Below, piece after piece: positions 17,924 through 25,860 of a DNA stretch of 36,145 nucleotides. The stretch covers positions 1 through 36,145 of the forward strand of contig JAHEYA010000001.1 in NCBI GenBank assembly GCA_023251855.1. The letters run 5' to 3'. The position numbers and the translations under genes are program-made. Source of the DNA: Bacteroidota bacterium (GTDB lineage: Bacteria > Bacteroidota > Bacteroidia > 2-12-FULL-35-15). How positions within the stretch are numbered: the stretch's first letter is position 1; every line of letters starts with the position of its first letter. The notes below the pieces were generated by a model. The model was not told the DNA's origin and did no database searches. It was given only the letters and a program-made list of their open reading frames with translations.

Positions 17924-19678
17924 ATGAAAAACGCGTTTTATTTATTTTTTGTTACAGTGCTTTTGGCATCATGTGGAGGAATGAACAATTCTACAGGAGG
18001 TTCTAGAAAAGCGAATGGTGGCGTTTATTACGGAGGTGTTTTCAGAATGAACGAGGTAGAGGATTTTCGTAATTTATACCCCTTAAATGTTACCGAAATT
18101 ACATCACAACATATAGCAAGTCAGGTTTACGAAGGCTTGGTAAAACTTTCACAATCAGATTTAAGTATTCTGCCATCATTAGCCGAAAAATGGGAAAAAA
18201 ATAGTGATGCTTCACAATGGACATTTCACCTTCACAAAGGAGTTAAATTCCATGACGACCTTTGCTTTTCTGGCGGAAACGGAAAAGGGCGTGAAGTAAC
18301 AGCAAAAGATTTTGCGTATTGTTTCGAAAAATTATGCACTGCCGGTCCCGAAAACCAGCAATTTGCAGCTACTTTTAAAGACAAGGTTGTTGGTGCAAAC
18401 GAGTTTTTTCAGTCAACAGAAGTTAATCAACCTTTAAAAGAGGGCGTTTCGGGAGTAAAAGTAATTGATGACTATACACTACAAATTAATCTGCTTTATC
18501 CCTTAGCCGGCTTCCTGAATATTTTGAGTACCCCCGGCTGTTGGGTATACCCAAAAGAAGCATTGGAAAAATATGGTGTGGAAATGCGTGCTAAATGTGT
18601 TGGAACAGGCCCGTTTCAGGTAAAAAGCATAAAAGAGGGTGAAGTGGTTATTTTAGAACGCAACCCCAATTACTGGGATGTAGATGAGTTTGGCAATAAC
18701 TTACCTTACATGGATGCATTGAAAATAACTTTTATCAAAGAAAAAAAATCAGAACTGCTTGAATTTAAAAGAGGAAACCTGGATATGGTTTTTAAAATTC
18801 CTGTTGAAATGATCTCTGATATTTTAGGAAAATTGGAGCATGCTCATGAAGCCAATGCCCCATTTGATTTACAGGTAAACCCAGCAATGAGTATTTTCTT
18901 TTATGGTTTTCAGATCCAGAGCGATATTTTTGATAAAAAAGAAGTGCGGTTAGCATTTAACCATGCTATTGACCGCGAAAAAATTGTTACCTATACCCTG
19001 CAAGGAGAAGGCGTTCCGGGTATATACGGAATTGTGCCCCCTTCATTTAAGGAGTACGATGTAAAAAAGTTGAAAGGATATACTTTTGATATTGATAAAG
19101 CACGCAAGTATCTTGCTGCCGGTGGATATCCAAATGGAAAAGGTTTTCCAAAGCTAACGCTACAAATTAACAGTGGCGGGGCCGAGCGGAATATTCAAAC
19201 AGCTGAAGTGATTCAAAAAATGTTAAAAGAAAATTTAAATATTGATATTGAATTGAATGTTCTTCCTTTTGCAGAACATTTGGAACGTTTAGAAACCGGT
19301 AAAACATTATTTTGGAAAACCGGTTGGAGTGCCGATTATCCGGATCCTGAAACATTTTTAACTTTGTTATATGGTAAAAATATTCCTAAAAAAGCATCCG
19401 ACAAATCGTACTTGAATGTAAGTAGGTATAAAAGTGCTAAATTCGATTCATTGTTTTCAAAAGGGATGCAGGAAGTTGACCCTAAAAAGCGTATGGATCT
19501 TTACCTCCAAGCCGACCAGGTGGCAATTGATGATGGTGCCATCATGCCAATTTTTTATGAAGAGAACTATCGTTTGGTTCAGATCAATGTTAAAAATTTT
19601 GACGCAAACGCAATGGAGTATCGAGATATGACCCGCGTTTATTTTGTTCCACAATCCCAAATACAAAAACTTAATTAG
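17924..19678 (+). CDS. ABC-transporter family-5 solute-binding lipoprotein (peptide/nickel, OppA/DppA-like)
   Basis: Lipobox VLLASCGG. 584 aa. Family-5 features are present: LVKL...PSLAEKWE, GVKFHDD, GTGPFQVKS, NPNYWD, and GWSADYPDPETFL. Confidence 0.85.
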   Translation: MKNAFYLFFVTVLLASCGGMNNSTGGSRKANGGVYYGGVFRMNEVEDFRNLYPLNVTEITSQHIASQVYEGLVKLSQSDLSILPSLAEKWEKNSDASQWTFHLHKGVKFHDDLCFSGGNGKGREVTAKDFAYCFEKLCTAGPENQQFAATFKDKVVGANEFFQSTEVNQPLKEGVSGVKVIDDYTLQINLLYPLAGFLNILSTPGCWVYPKEALEKYGVEMRAKCVGTGPFQVKSIKEGEVVILERNPNYWDVDEFGNNLPYMDALKITFIKEKKSELLEFKRGNLDMVFKIPVEMISDILGKLEHAHEANAPFDLQVNPAMSIFFYGFQIQSDIFDKKEVRLAFNHAIDREKIVTYTLQGEGVPGIYGIVPPSFKEYDVKKLKGYTFDIDKARKYLAAGGYPNGKGFPKLTLQINSGGAERNIQTAEVIQKMLKENLNIDIELNVLPFAEHLERLETGKTLFWKTGWSADYPDPETFLTLLYGKNIPKKASDKSYLNVSRYKSAKFDSLFSKGMQEVDPKKRMDLYLQADQVAIDDGAIMPIFYEENYRLVQINVKNFDANAMEYRDMTRVYFVPQSQIQKLN

Positions 19679-19699
19679 GTTTTATTCAACCCTCTTTTT

Positions 19700-19780
19700 G
19701 CCTCATCCCCAACCCTTCTCCAAAGGAGAAGGGTGCTGTGGCATTTAAGTCCTCTCCTTTGGAGAGGATTTAGGTGAGGC
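19700..19780. repeat. 81-nt nested palindromic element (an outer stem enclosing two perfect hairpins) just after the solute-binding gene. It is REP/MITE-like, or a structured terminator.
   Basis: Outer stem GCCTCA (19700-19705) pairs with TGAGGC (19775-19780). Hairpin 1 is ACCCTTCTCC-AAA-GGAGAAGGGT (19712-19734). Hairpin 2 is TCCTCTCC-TTT-GGAGAGGA (19750-19768), extendable with A-T and G-T pairs. Confidence 0.6.
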
Positions 19781-19916
19781 TCTTGTAACTTTTTATTAAC
19801 ACACCCCCTGTATTCAGCGTAATTCAATTGTGCATAACGTTTGCAACAACACTCCACAAACTGCGCTGTTTATTAATAATATTGTATTCTCGAAAATCAT
19901 TTAAATTTATTTTCAA

Positions 19917-20924
19917 ATGAAAAACAGTATCAAATATATTACAGTGCTACTAATTATGAGCACATTCTATTCCTGTGTACCACAACGTAAATTGGAAGAG
20001 GAACAAGCAAAACGCAAAAGTTGCGAACAGGAACTTACCGACCTGAAAATGTTAAATCAAAAAAATGAGACAAAATTAAATGAGCTTATAAAAAGTTTAG
20101 GAGATAATAAAAAACGAATTGCCGAACTTCTTTCTGATACAAGCACATTAGGAACAAACTATCGAACCTTTGCAGCTAAATACGAAAAACTAAACCAGAT
20201 CAATGAACAACTGTTGGATAAGTACAATCGTTTATTGTCGGGCAATATAGCCGACACAAAAAAACTTTCCTGTGAATTACAAACTACACAAGAAAAATTG
20301 TTGAAACACCAGGATGAATTAAAAATGCTGGAAGACCAGCTTTCAAGCCAAAAGAAAAATCTGGATGGACTTACTGCCGAACTAAAAAAGCGCGAAGCCC
20401 GTGTTGCTGAATTAGAAGGAATTCTGAAAAGTAAAGATGATGCTGTAAACGAATTAAAGAAAAAATTAACCGATGCTTTGTTTGGCTTTGAAGGCAAGGG
20501 GTTGACGATTACTCAAAAAAACGGAAAGGTATATGTATCGATGGAAGAAAATTTGTTGTTCGCATCCGGCAGTACAACTGTGGAAGCCAAAGGAGTTGAA
20601 GCATTAAAAAAAGTTGCAAAGGTGTTGGAACAAAGTTCCGATATAAATATTTTAATTGAAGGCCATACGGATGATGTGCCAATGGCGGGCAAAGGAGAGA
20701 TCAAGGATAATTGGGATCTGAGTGTAATGCGTGCAACATCCATTGTAAAAATAATTACAAAAAACAGTTCGGTAAACCCGAAACGCTTAACTGCAGCAGG
20801 GCGTGGAGAGTATTTCCCAATTGATCCTGAAAAAACAGTGGATGCCCACAAAAAAAATCGTAGAACAGAAATTATCCTAACACCTAAGCTGGATGAGCTG
20901 TTTAAGGTTTTGGAGACAAATTAA
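19917..20924 (+). CDS. OmpA/MotB-family peptidoglycan-binding protein with a long N-terminal coiled coil; probable lipoprotein
   Basis: N-terminus VLLIMSTFYSC. About 170 aa of heptad-like K/E/L-rich sequence follow. The C-terminal OmpA-like domain shows LLFASGSTTV, ILIEGHTDDVP, NWDLSVMRATSIV, LTAAGRGEY, and NRRTEIIL. Confidence 0.88.
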   Translation: MKNSIKYITVLLIMSTFYSCVPQRKLEEEQAKRKSCEQELTDLKMLNQKNETKLNELIKSLGDNKKRIAELLSDTSTLGTNYRTFAAKYEKLNQINEQLLDKYNRLLSGNIADTKKLSCELQTTQEKLLKHQDELKMLEDQLSSQKKNLDGLTAELKKREARVAELEGILKSKDDAVNELKKKLTDALFGFEGKGLTITQKNGKVYVSMEENLLFASGSTTVEAKGVEALKKVAKVLEQSSDINILIEGHTDDVPMAGKGEIKDNWDLSVMRATSIVKIITKNSSVNPKRLTAAGRGEYFPIDPEKTVDAHKKNRRTEIILTPKLDELFKVLETN

Positions 20925-20997
20925 ACAACAGACCTAGAAGGTTTCAAAATCTGTCAGGTTGATTGTTCCTCCAATTCACTACAAATAATATTTCCTG

Positions 20998-21005
20998 TAT
21001 CTTTG
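20998..21005 (+). promoter_or_regulatory. Candidate -7 box (TATCTTTG) for the radical SAM gene
   Basis: Exact TAnnTTTG match 15 nt upstream of the ATG at 21021. Confidence 0.35.
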
Positions 21006-21020
21006 TAAAAAGAGATTAAA

Positions 21021-22145
21021 ATGAATATCCAACACTTATTACAACGGGCTTTAAATTTCGAATTTTTATCAATCGAAGAAGGTGTTTTTTTATTCAAAAG
21101 CGCTCCAACAGCTGATTTGATGTTTGTTGCCAATGAGCTCCGTAAAATTCAAAAACCGGATGGAAAAGTTACTTGGCAGATTGATCGAAATGTAAATACA
21201 ACCAATGTATGTATCGCAAATTGTAAGTTTTGCAATTTTTATCGCATTCCAGGACATAAAGATGCTTACATAACAGATATTGCCACCTACAAGAAAAAAA
21301 TTGACGAGACGTTTCAATTAGGGGGTGATCAGCTTTTATTACAAGGTGGTCATCATCCCGGTTTAGGTTTAAAGTTTTATGTTGACCTTTTCAAAGAATT
21401 AAAAAGTTTATACCCGCATTTAAAACTTCATACACTCGGGCCACCGGAAGTAGCACACATTACCAAACTCGAAAAATCAACTCATGCTGAGGTTTTGAAA
21501 GCGCTGAAAGATGCAGGAATGGACAGCATGCCCGGTGCCGGTGCTGAAATATTGAATGACAGAGTACGTAGATTAATTTCAAAAGGAAAATGTACCGGTC
21601 GCGAATGGTTGGATGTAATGCGGGCTGCACACCAATTAAACATTACTACTTCAGCCACCATGATGTTTGGCCATATTGAAACTATTGAAGAACGTTTCGA
21701 ACATTTGGTACTGATACGTCAGGTGCAAAGCGAAAAACCGAAAGATGCAAAAGGGTTTTTGGCCTTTATTCCATGGACCTTTCAGGATGATGGAACTTTG
21801 TTAAGGCGCCATAAAGGAATTAAAAACAGTACTACTGGCGATGAATATATTCGTATGATAGCAATGAGTCGCATTATGCTACCCAATGTAATTAACATAC
21901 AAGCCAGTTGGCTTACTGTTGGTAAAGATGTCGCCAAACTTTGTTTGCATTCGGGTGCAAATGATTTTGGAAGTATTATGATAGAAGAAAACGTAGTATC
22001 GGCAGCAGGTGCTCCGCATCGCTTTACTGCCAAAGGAATTCAAGAGGCTATTCAGGAAGCTGGTTTTGAACCACAACTGCGAACTCAGCAATATGATTTC
22101 CGCGAATTACCTGCTGATATGGTGGAGCAGGTGATCAATTATTAA
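21021..22145 (+). CDS. Radical SAM enzyme of the MqnC/MqnE (CofH-like) family, i.e. futalosine-route menaquinone biosynthesis. I cannot discriminate MqnC from MqnE by eye.
   Basis: CxxxCxxC cluster motif CIANCKFCNFYR, preceded by QIDRNVNTTNV. 374 aa. GGDQLLLQGGHHP and FGHIETIEERFEHL are typical of this family. Confidence 0.7.
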   Translation: MNIQHLLQRALNFEFLSIEEGVFLFKSAPTADLMFVANELRKIQKPDGKVTWQIDRNVNTTNVCIANCKFCNFYRIPGHKDAYITDIATYKKKIDETFQLGGDQLLLQGGHHPGLGLKFYVDLFKELKSLYPHLKLHTLGPPEVAHITKLEKSTHAEVLKALKDAGMDSMPGAGAEILNDRVRRLISKGKCTGREWLDVMRAAHQLNITTSATMMFGHIETIEERFEHLVLIRQVQSEKPKDAKGFLAFIPWTFQDDGTLLRRHKGIKNSTTGDEYIRMIAMSRIMLPNVINIQASWLTVGKDVAKLCLHSGANDFGSIMIEENVVSAAGAPHRFTAKGIQEAIQEAGFEPQLRTQQYDFRELPADMVEQVINY

Positions 22146-22150
22146 GAACG

Positions 22151-22262
22151 TGAGTTTCGTTTAAGGTTTGGACTTTAGCCACGACCTTTAGGTCGTGGTA
22201 AGAAAACAGCTACCAATATAGGGCTTTAGCCCAATAAATTTAACTGGCTTGAGCGAAACTCA
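22151..22262. repeat. 112-nt nested inverted-repeat element between convergent genes. It is a likely bidirectional terminator or a REP/MITE-like element.
   Basis: Outer inverted repeat TGAGTTTCG (22151-22159) / CGAAACTCA (22254-22262), extendable inward with wobble pairs. Inner perfect hairpin CCACGACC-TTTA-GGTCGTGG (22179-22198). Small hairpin GGGC-TTTA-GCCC (22221-22232). A third TTTA unit is GGACTTTAGCC. Confidence 0.55.
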
Positions 22263-22295
22263 GGTTAATAAGCTACTAACTGGAGAGGAATCTTT

Positions 22296-22784
22296 TTAGG
22301 CTTGTAATAACTTTTCAATATCGAATTTTTTCATTTTAAGAAACGCATTCATCACCTTTCCTGCTTTTGTTGGGTCGCTCATTAATTTAGGTAATACACT
22401 CGGAATGATCTGCCAGGAGAGGCCGTATTTGTCCTTTAACCAACCACACTGACCGGGTTGCCCACCATCACATAATTTAGTCCAGTAATGATCTATTTCT
22501 TCTTGCGTTTCACAAAACACCTGAAACGAAACAGCTTCGTTAAATTTAAAAATCGGACCGCCATTTAGCGCAGTAAAAGACTGTCCATTGATTGTAAAAG
22601 CAACTGTTAGTGCTGTTCCTTCTTTCTGTCGGTGAAATTCAAAACCTTCTTTTCCATACCGACTGATGCTATCAATTTTAGAATTCTTAAAAATCGAAGT
22701 ATAGAAAAGATCGGCTTCTTCAGCTTGGTTGTCGAACCACAAACAAGGTGTGATGGGCTTTGCAGTCATTTTTTTAATAGACAA
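22296..22784 (-). CDS. VOC/glyoxalase-superfamily protein of the PhnB / '3-demethylubiquinone-9 3-methyltransferase domain' (PF06983-like) family
   Basis: 162 aa. Motifs ITPCLWFDNQAEEA..FYTSIF, ALTVAFTINGQSFTALNGGP, FNEAVSFQVFCETQEEIDHYW, and CGWLKDKYGLSWQIIP. Confidence 0.8.
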   Translation of the reverse strand: MSIKKMTAKPITPCLWFDNQAEEADLFYTSIFKNSKIDSISRYGKEGFEFHRQKEGTALTVAFTINGQSFTALNGGPIFKFNEAVSFQVFCETQEEIDHYWTKLCDGGQPGQCGWLKDKYGLSWQIIPSVLPKLMSDPTKAGKVMNAFLKMKKFDIEKLLQA

Positions 22785-22795
22785 CTAATTCGATT

Positions 22796-24397
22796 TTAGT
22801 GACTGAAATTAGACGCAGCAACCGTTAAACCACCGGTAGACGCATTATTAGTTAACTGCCATGCAGTATTGTTTGCATAATCAATTGTAATGGATGATTG
22901 ATAAAAAAGGGGAAAAGTATTAGCCCCTCGCCAAAAAGTATTTCCTTTTATCGCAATATTCGCAAAGGTGGCTCCATTAGTGCTTGATGTTATTTTTATA
23001 CAATAGGCATCACTGGTTTGCATTCCAAAAAGATTATCAGCAATACTGTATATTTTAAAACCGGAAGTTGTAGGGTCGATATTAATAGGTGGCGTACTTG
23101 TATTTATACCGCTTCTGAATTGATTATTTGATATGGTTGCTTGATTGCAAACCTGAGTAGCATTGTTGATGAAAATGCTGCTGCTACTGCAACGGTTGCC
23201 GGCAAACACAAAATCGCTCTGGAGCGCATAGATTGAACTTGTACCAATATAACAACCTGAAATGTTTGAAATGGCACACTGGTTTACTGCTTCACTACCA
23301 ATGGTAGTGCCTGTTATGGAGGAACCCACAAACTCATTACATCTCGGAAGTGTACAGTTTGAAACAGAGGAGTGAACAACAGAACCTAACAAATAGGTGA
23401 ATCCGGTGGTAACTCCTGAAAACTGACAATTATCAAATTTGCTGTCGTATCCTAATCGTGGGCAATTGCCTGTGAACGTGCAATTAATGAATTCTCCCCA
23501 TTGACAATCCACATCAACAGCATTAAAAGTAACGCCATTAAAAACACAGCTATTCCCAACAGAAAGAATGTAAGTGCCATTTCCTGTGATAGTGCCACCG
23601 CTTACTACAAGGTGGTTTGCATTCAGTCCGGTGTAGTTTGCCCCAAGAGTTATCGTTCCCTGAACAAGTGCATAATTATCTGATGGAACAGTTATAGAAG
23701 TATAATTGGACAAGGTTAAAATATAGATGCCAGCGCCTGTAGCACCTGTTGCGCCCGTCATTCCACCACCCGGTCCTGTAGCACCAACAAAACCAGTTGT
23801 ACCGGTACCACCTGTACTTCCCGCACCGGGCCCTGTTGGTCCTGTTATGCCGGGAGATCCTGTTCCTGTAGCACCTGTACTTCCTGCACCTGTAGCACCA
23901 ACAGAACCTGTACCACCCATAGCACCTGTTGCGCCAGTGTTTCCTTTAATACCAGTTGCGCCAATAGCCCCTGCCGCTCCTGTAGCACCAGCAACACCAC
24001 CGTTTGAAGCAAATAAAGCATAAGGAACACTAAGTAATTGTTTGTTTCCGGTAATGCTGTAGGTTGTGCCACCTGTTGGGTCAGTTTCTGTTTTAATAAA
24101 AAATATTCCTGATGCCCAGTTGATCGCAGAAAAAACACCTGTAACAACTGTTCCAGTACCTATTTCAATTGTTGCAAGCCCATTGATATTTGTAGTTGTT
24201 GTTTGTGTTTCAACATAAACTGCTGTACCGGTTGAGCTACCTTGTAAAATACTTACCTTCATTCCAACACTTGTGCTTGCAACAAGAACATTGTTAGCAT
24301 TGCGTATAACAGCCTGGTAGCTCATTTTTTGCGGTGCCTGAGCAAAAGTGGACGTGATAATAAGCAGATTTGTTAATGTAACGATTAGGTTTTTCAT
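22796..24397 (-). CDS. Secreted collagen-like (Gly-X-Thr) repeat protein with a conserved N-terminal domain and a Cys-rich C-terminal region that looks like a parallel beta-helix
   Basis: Signal peptide ending TFAQ/AP. N-terminal domain [14 protein letters not shown]...SVPYALFA. About 90 aa of GXY triplets ([28 protein letters not shown]...). Repetitive NC.F / GN..S.SS.I turns follow ([37 protein letters not shown]). No T9SS tail is recognisable. Confidence 0.75.
   Translation of the reverse strand: MKNLIVTLTNLLIITSTFAQAPQKMSYQAVIRNANNVLVASTSVGMKVSILQGSSTGTAVYVETQTTTTNINGLATIEIGTGTVVTGVFSAINWASGIFFIKTETDPTGGTTYSITGNKQLLSVPYALFASNGGVAGATGAAGAIGATGIKGNTGATGAMGGTGSVGATGAGSTGATGTGSPGITGPTGPGAGSTGGTGTTGFVGATGPGGGMTGATGATGAGIYILTLSNYTSITVPSDNYALVQGTITLGANYTGLNANHLVVSGGTITGNGTYILSVGNSCVFNGVTFNAVDVDCQWGEFINCTFTGNCPRLGYDSKFDNCQFSGVTTGFTYLLGSVVHSSVSNCTLPRCNEFVGSSITGTTIGSEAVNQCAISNISGCYIGTSSIYALQSDFVFAGNRCSSSSIFINNATQVCNQATISNNQFRSGINTSTPPINIDPTTSGFKIYSIADNLFGMQTSDAYCIKITSSTNGATFANIAIKGNTFWRGANTFPLFYQSSITIDYANNTAWQLTNNASTGGLTVAASNFSH
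23729..24001 (-). repeat. Collagen-like GXY triplet repeat (coding); a local GC-rich island
   Basis: aa 133-223 of the 533-aa protein. 13 uninterrupted GXY triplets are followed by interrupted runs. The opposite strand gives the artefactual PAPVAPV ORF. Confidence 0.85.
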
Positions 24398-24402
24398 TGT
24401 AT

Positions 24403-24915
24403 TTAATTTTTAATTATTTTGAATGTTTTAACTTCGTTGTTATTCCTGAATACGTTAATAAAATAAATACCGGAGGCCAATTTGTCCATAGAAACAGGAG
24501 TTTCATCGGTTTCGATTTTTTTATTTAAAAGCAGTTTGCCTTGAATATCGAAAAGAGAAAAAGTGAAAATTTCAGATTTACTGTTTACTATTTTCAATAA
24601 AATAAAATCAGTTGCAGGGTTTGGATAAACAGAAGCGGTGAGTTCAATACCAATATCATCAATACCTGTTATATTAAAAATTTCGTAAGGTTGTTGTATC
24701 CCTTGTGTGATAACCCCTCCGGAGCCGGTTGCTGTAATATAATCTGTTTGCCCTATGGTATAACTTGCAGCCCCGCCTATTCCTGAAGCATCACCACCTG
24801 TAGCTTCAGTACCTTGTTGTCCAAAGAGGTTGGTGATTCGGAATGATAGTATTAAAAAAGCAAATAAAATTGTTTTTGTTGTACTCATATTCTTTTGGTT
24901 TCGAATAGCTAACAA
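24403..24915 (-). CDS. Small secreted protein with a T9SS C-terminal sorting domain (Por_Secre_tail type)
   Basis: The C-terminal ~80 aa (nt 24406-24645) read [14 protein letters not shown]...[11 protein letters not shown]...[10 protein letters not shown]...KTFKIIKN. The N-terminal part has a [17 protein letters not shown]...GIQQPYEI motif. The true start is probably the ATG at 24886-24888 ([16 protein letters not shown]). Confidence 0.85.
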   Translation of the reverse strand: MLAIRNQKNMSTTKTILFAFLILSFRITNLFGQQGTEATGGDASGIGGAASYTIGQTDYITATGSGGVITQGIQQPYEIFNITGIDDIGIELTASVYPNPATDFILLKIVNSKSEIFTFSLFDIQGKLLLNKKIETDETPVSMDKLASGIYFINVFRNNNEVKTFKIIKN

Positions 24916-24932
24916 ATGTATAAAATTATCTG

Positions 24933-25268
24933 TTAATCCACTTTTTCAACAACCACACCTGTGCCATAAGCAAGCACTTCGGTAAGGCCACTCATTACTT
25001 CATTTGCATCATATCGCATATTTATAATTGCGTTGGCTCCAAGTTCTTTACCATTTTTGATCATTAGCTGTAAAGCCTCTTCTCTGGCGTTTTCACACAG
25101 GTTGGTATAGATAGTGCTTTTACCGCCAAATAGGGTCATAAAACCACCTGCTATATTACCAATTACACTGCGTGAACGAACCGTAATGCCACGCACTAAA
25201 CCTAATTGTTTTTTGATACGGTAACCTTCAAGCGAAGTGCTTGTGGTTATTAATGTTGAATTGTCCAT
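24933..25268 (-). CDS. YbjQ/UPF0145-family protein (putative heavy-metal-binding domain)
   Basis: 111 aa. Motifs GYRI...LGLVRGITVRSRSV, G..GG....Y..L...AREEAL..M...A.ELGANAII.MRYD, and AYGTGVVV. Confidence 0.88.
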   Translation of the reverse strand: MDNSTLITTSTSLEGYRIKKQLGLVRGITVRSRSVIGNIAGGFMTLFGGKSTIYTNLCENAREEALQLMIKNGKELGANAIINMRYDANEVMSGLTEVLAYGTGVVVEKVD

Positions 25269-25291
25269 TTTTTAGTTTTTTTTAGTGACGT

Positions 25292-25687
25292 TTATTTCTT
25301 CTTAATAATTTTTGAGGCAATAAAAGCAAACAATCCTAAAACAAGCCCAGAAATCAATCCAACGACTGGTCCCGTCATTAAAATCATCAACCGTGGTGCA
25401 TCAGGCATTGGCATTCTAGTCATCATTGTAGCTTCTTCCGCATGGTTAGCAATGTAGGAATCAAATAAAATAATGTGAGCAGCAGTGATCCAAACAGCAT
25501 TTACTAAACTCACAAAGAGGCCATGTAAAAAATATTTTCCGGTGCATTGCTTTGCTATGATGTAGGCACAAACAATAAAAATAACCAACCAGAACAATGG
25601 TTCGATATTGGAAGGAATAAAATAAACGGTTGCAATTGCCATTGCTAAACCGAAAAGCGAAAGTTGGAAGATTAATTTTTTGTTCAT
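25292..25687 (-). CDS. Hypothetical small integral membrane protein (about 4 TM helices)
   Basis: 131 aa with four hydrophobic segments and a C-terminal KIIKKK. I recognise no family. Confidence 0.55.
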   Translation of the reverse strand: MNKKLIFQLSLFGLAMAIATVYFIPSNIEPLFWLVIFIVCAYIIAKQCTGKYFLHGLFVSLVNAVWITAAHIILFDSYIANHAEEATMMTRMPMPDAPRLMILMTGPVVGLISGLVLGLFAFIASKIIKKK

Positions 25688-25737
25688 TTTTTAATTATTG
25701 TTTATTCTAAATGGTTTTCAATGTACCGTTTTTATTT

Positions 25738-25745
25738 CAAAAGTA
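25738..25745 (-). promoter_or_regulatory. Candidate -7 box (TACTTTTG on the - strand) for the 4-TM protein / ybjQ / T9SS / collagen-like gene string
   Basis: Plus strand reads CAAAAGTA, 50 nt upstream of the ATG at 25685-25687. It sits in the 173-bp gap after the Ehr-like operon. Confidence 0.3.
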
Positions 25746-25860
25746 TAATGTTTTTATTCAAGTTTTAGGTTCGCGATGTGGACAGAGTATTGCCCGCTAA
25801 CCTTTCTGGCTTGTTAAAGTTGCGGATTAAAACACATATCACTGTCCAATAGCACAAGGC

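Noticed and set aside
19675-19857. 60-aa ORF on the minus strand (…PLQRRGLKCHSTLLLWRRVGDEAKRG…)
   Set aside because: It is a read-through of the nested palindromic element at 19700-19780. Its 'repeats' are the two arms of the hairpins.
23501-24147. ORFs 23727..24023(+) (PAPVAPVAP...), 23845..24147(-) and 23501..23683(+)
   Set aside because: These are antisense or alternative-frame readings of the GC-rich collagen-like GXY repeat. The proline/alanine/valine repeat is the mirror of GGT/GCA/ACC codons.
25779-25848. 7-bp inverted repeat TGGACAG/CTGTCCA (with an inner CCGC/GCGG pair) as the terminator of the Ehr-like operon
   Set aside because: The stems are short, the spacer is about 56 nt, and no U-tract follows. 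I cannot distinguish it from chance, so I record it only as a place to look in 3'-end mapping data.
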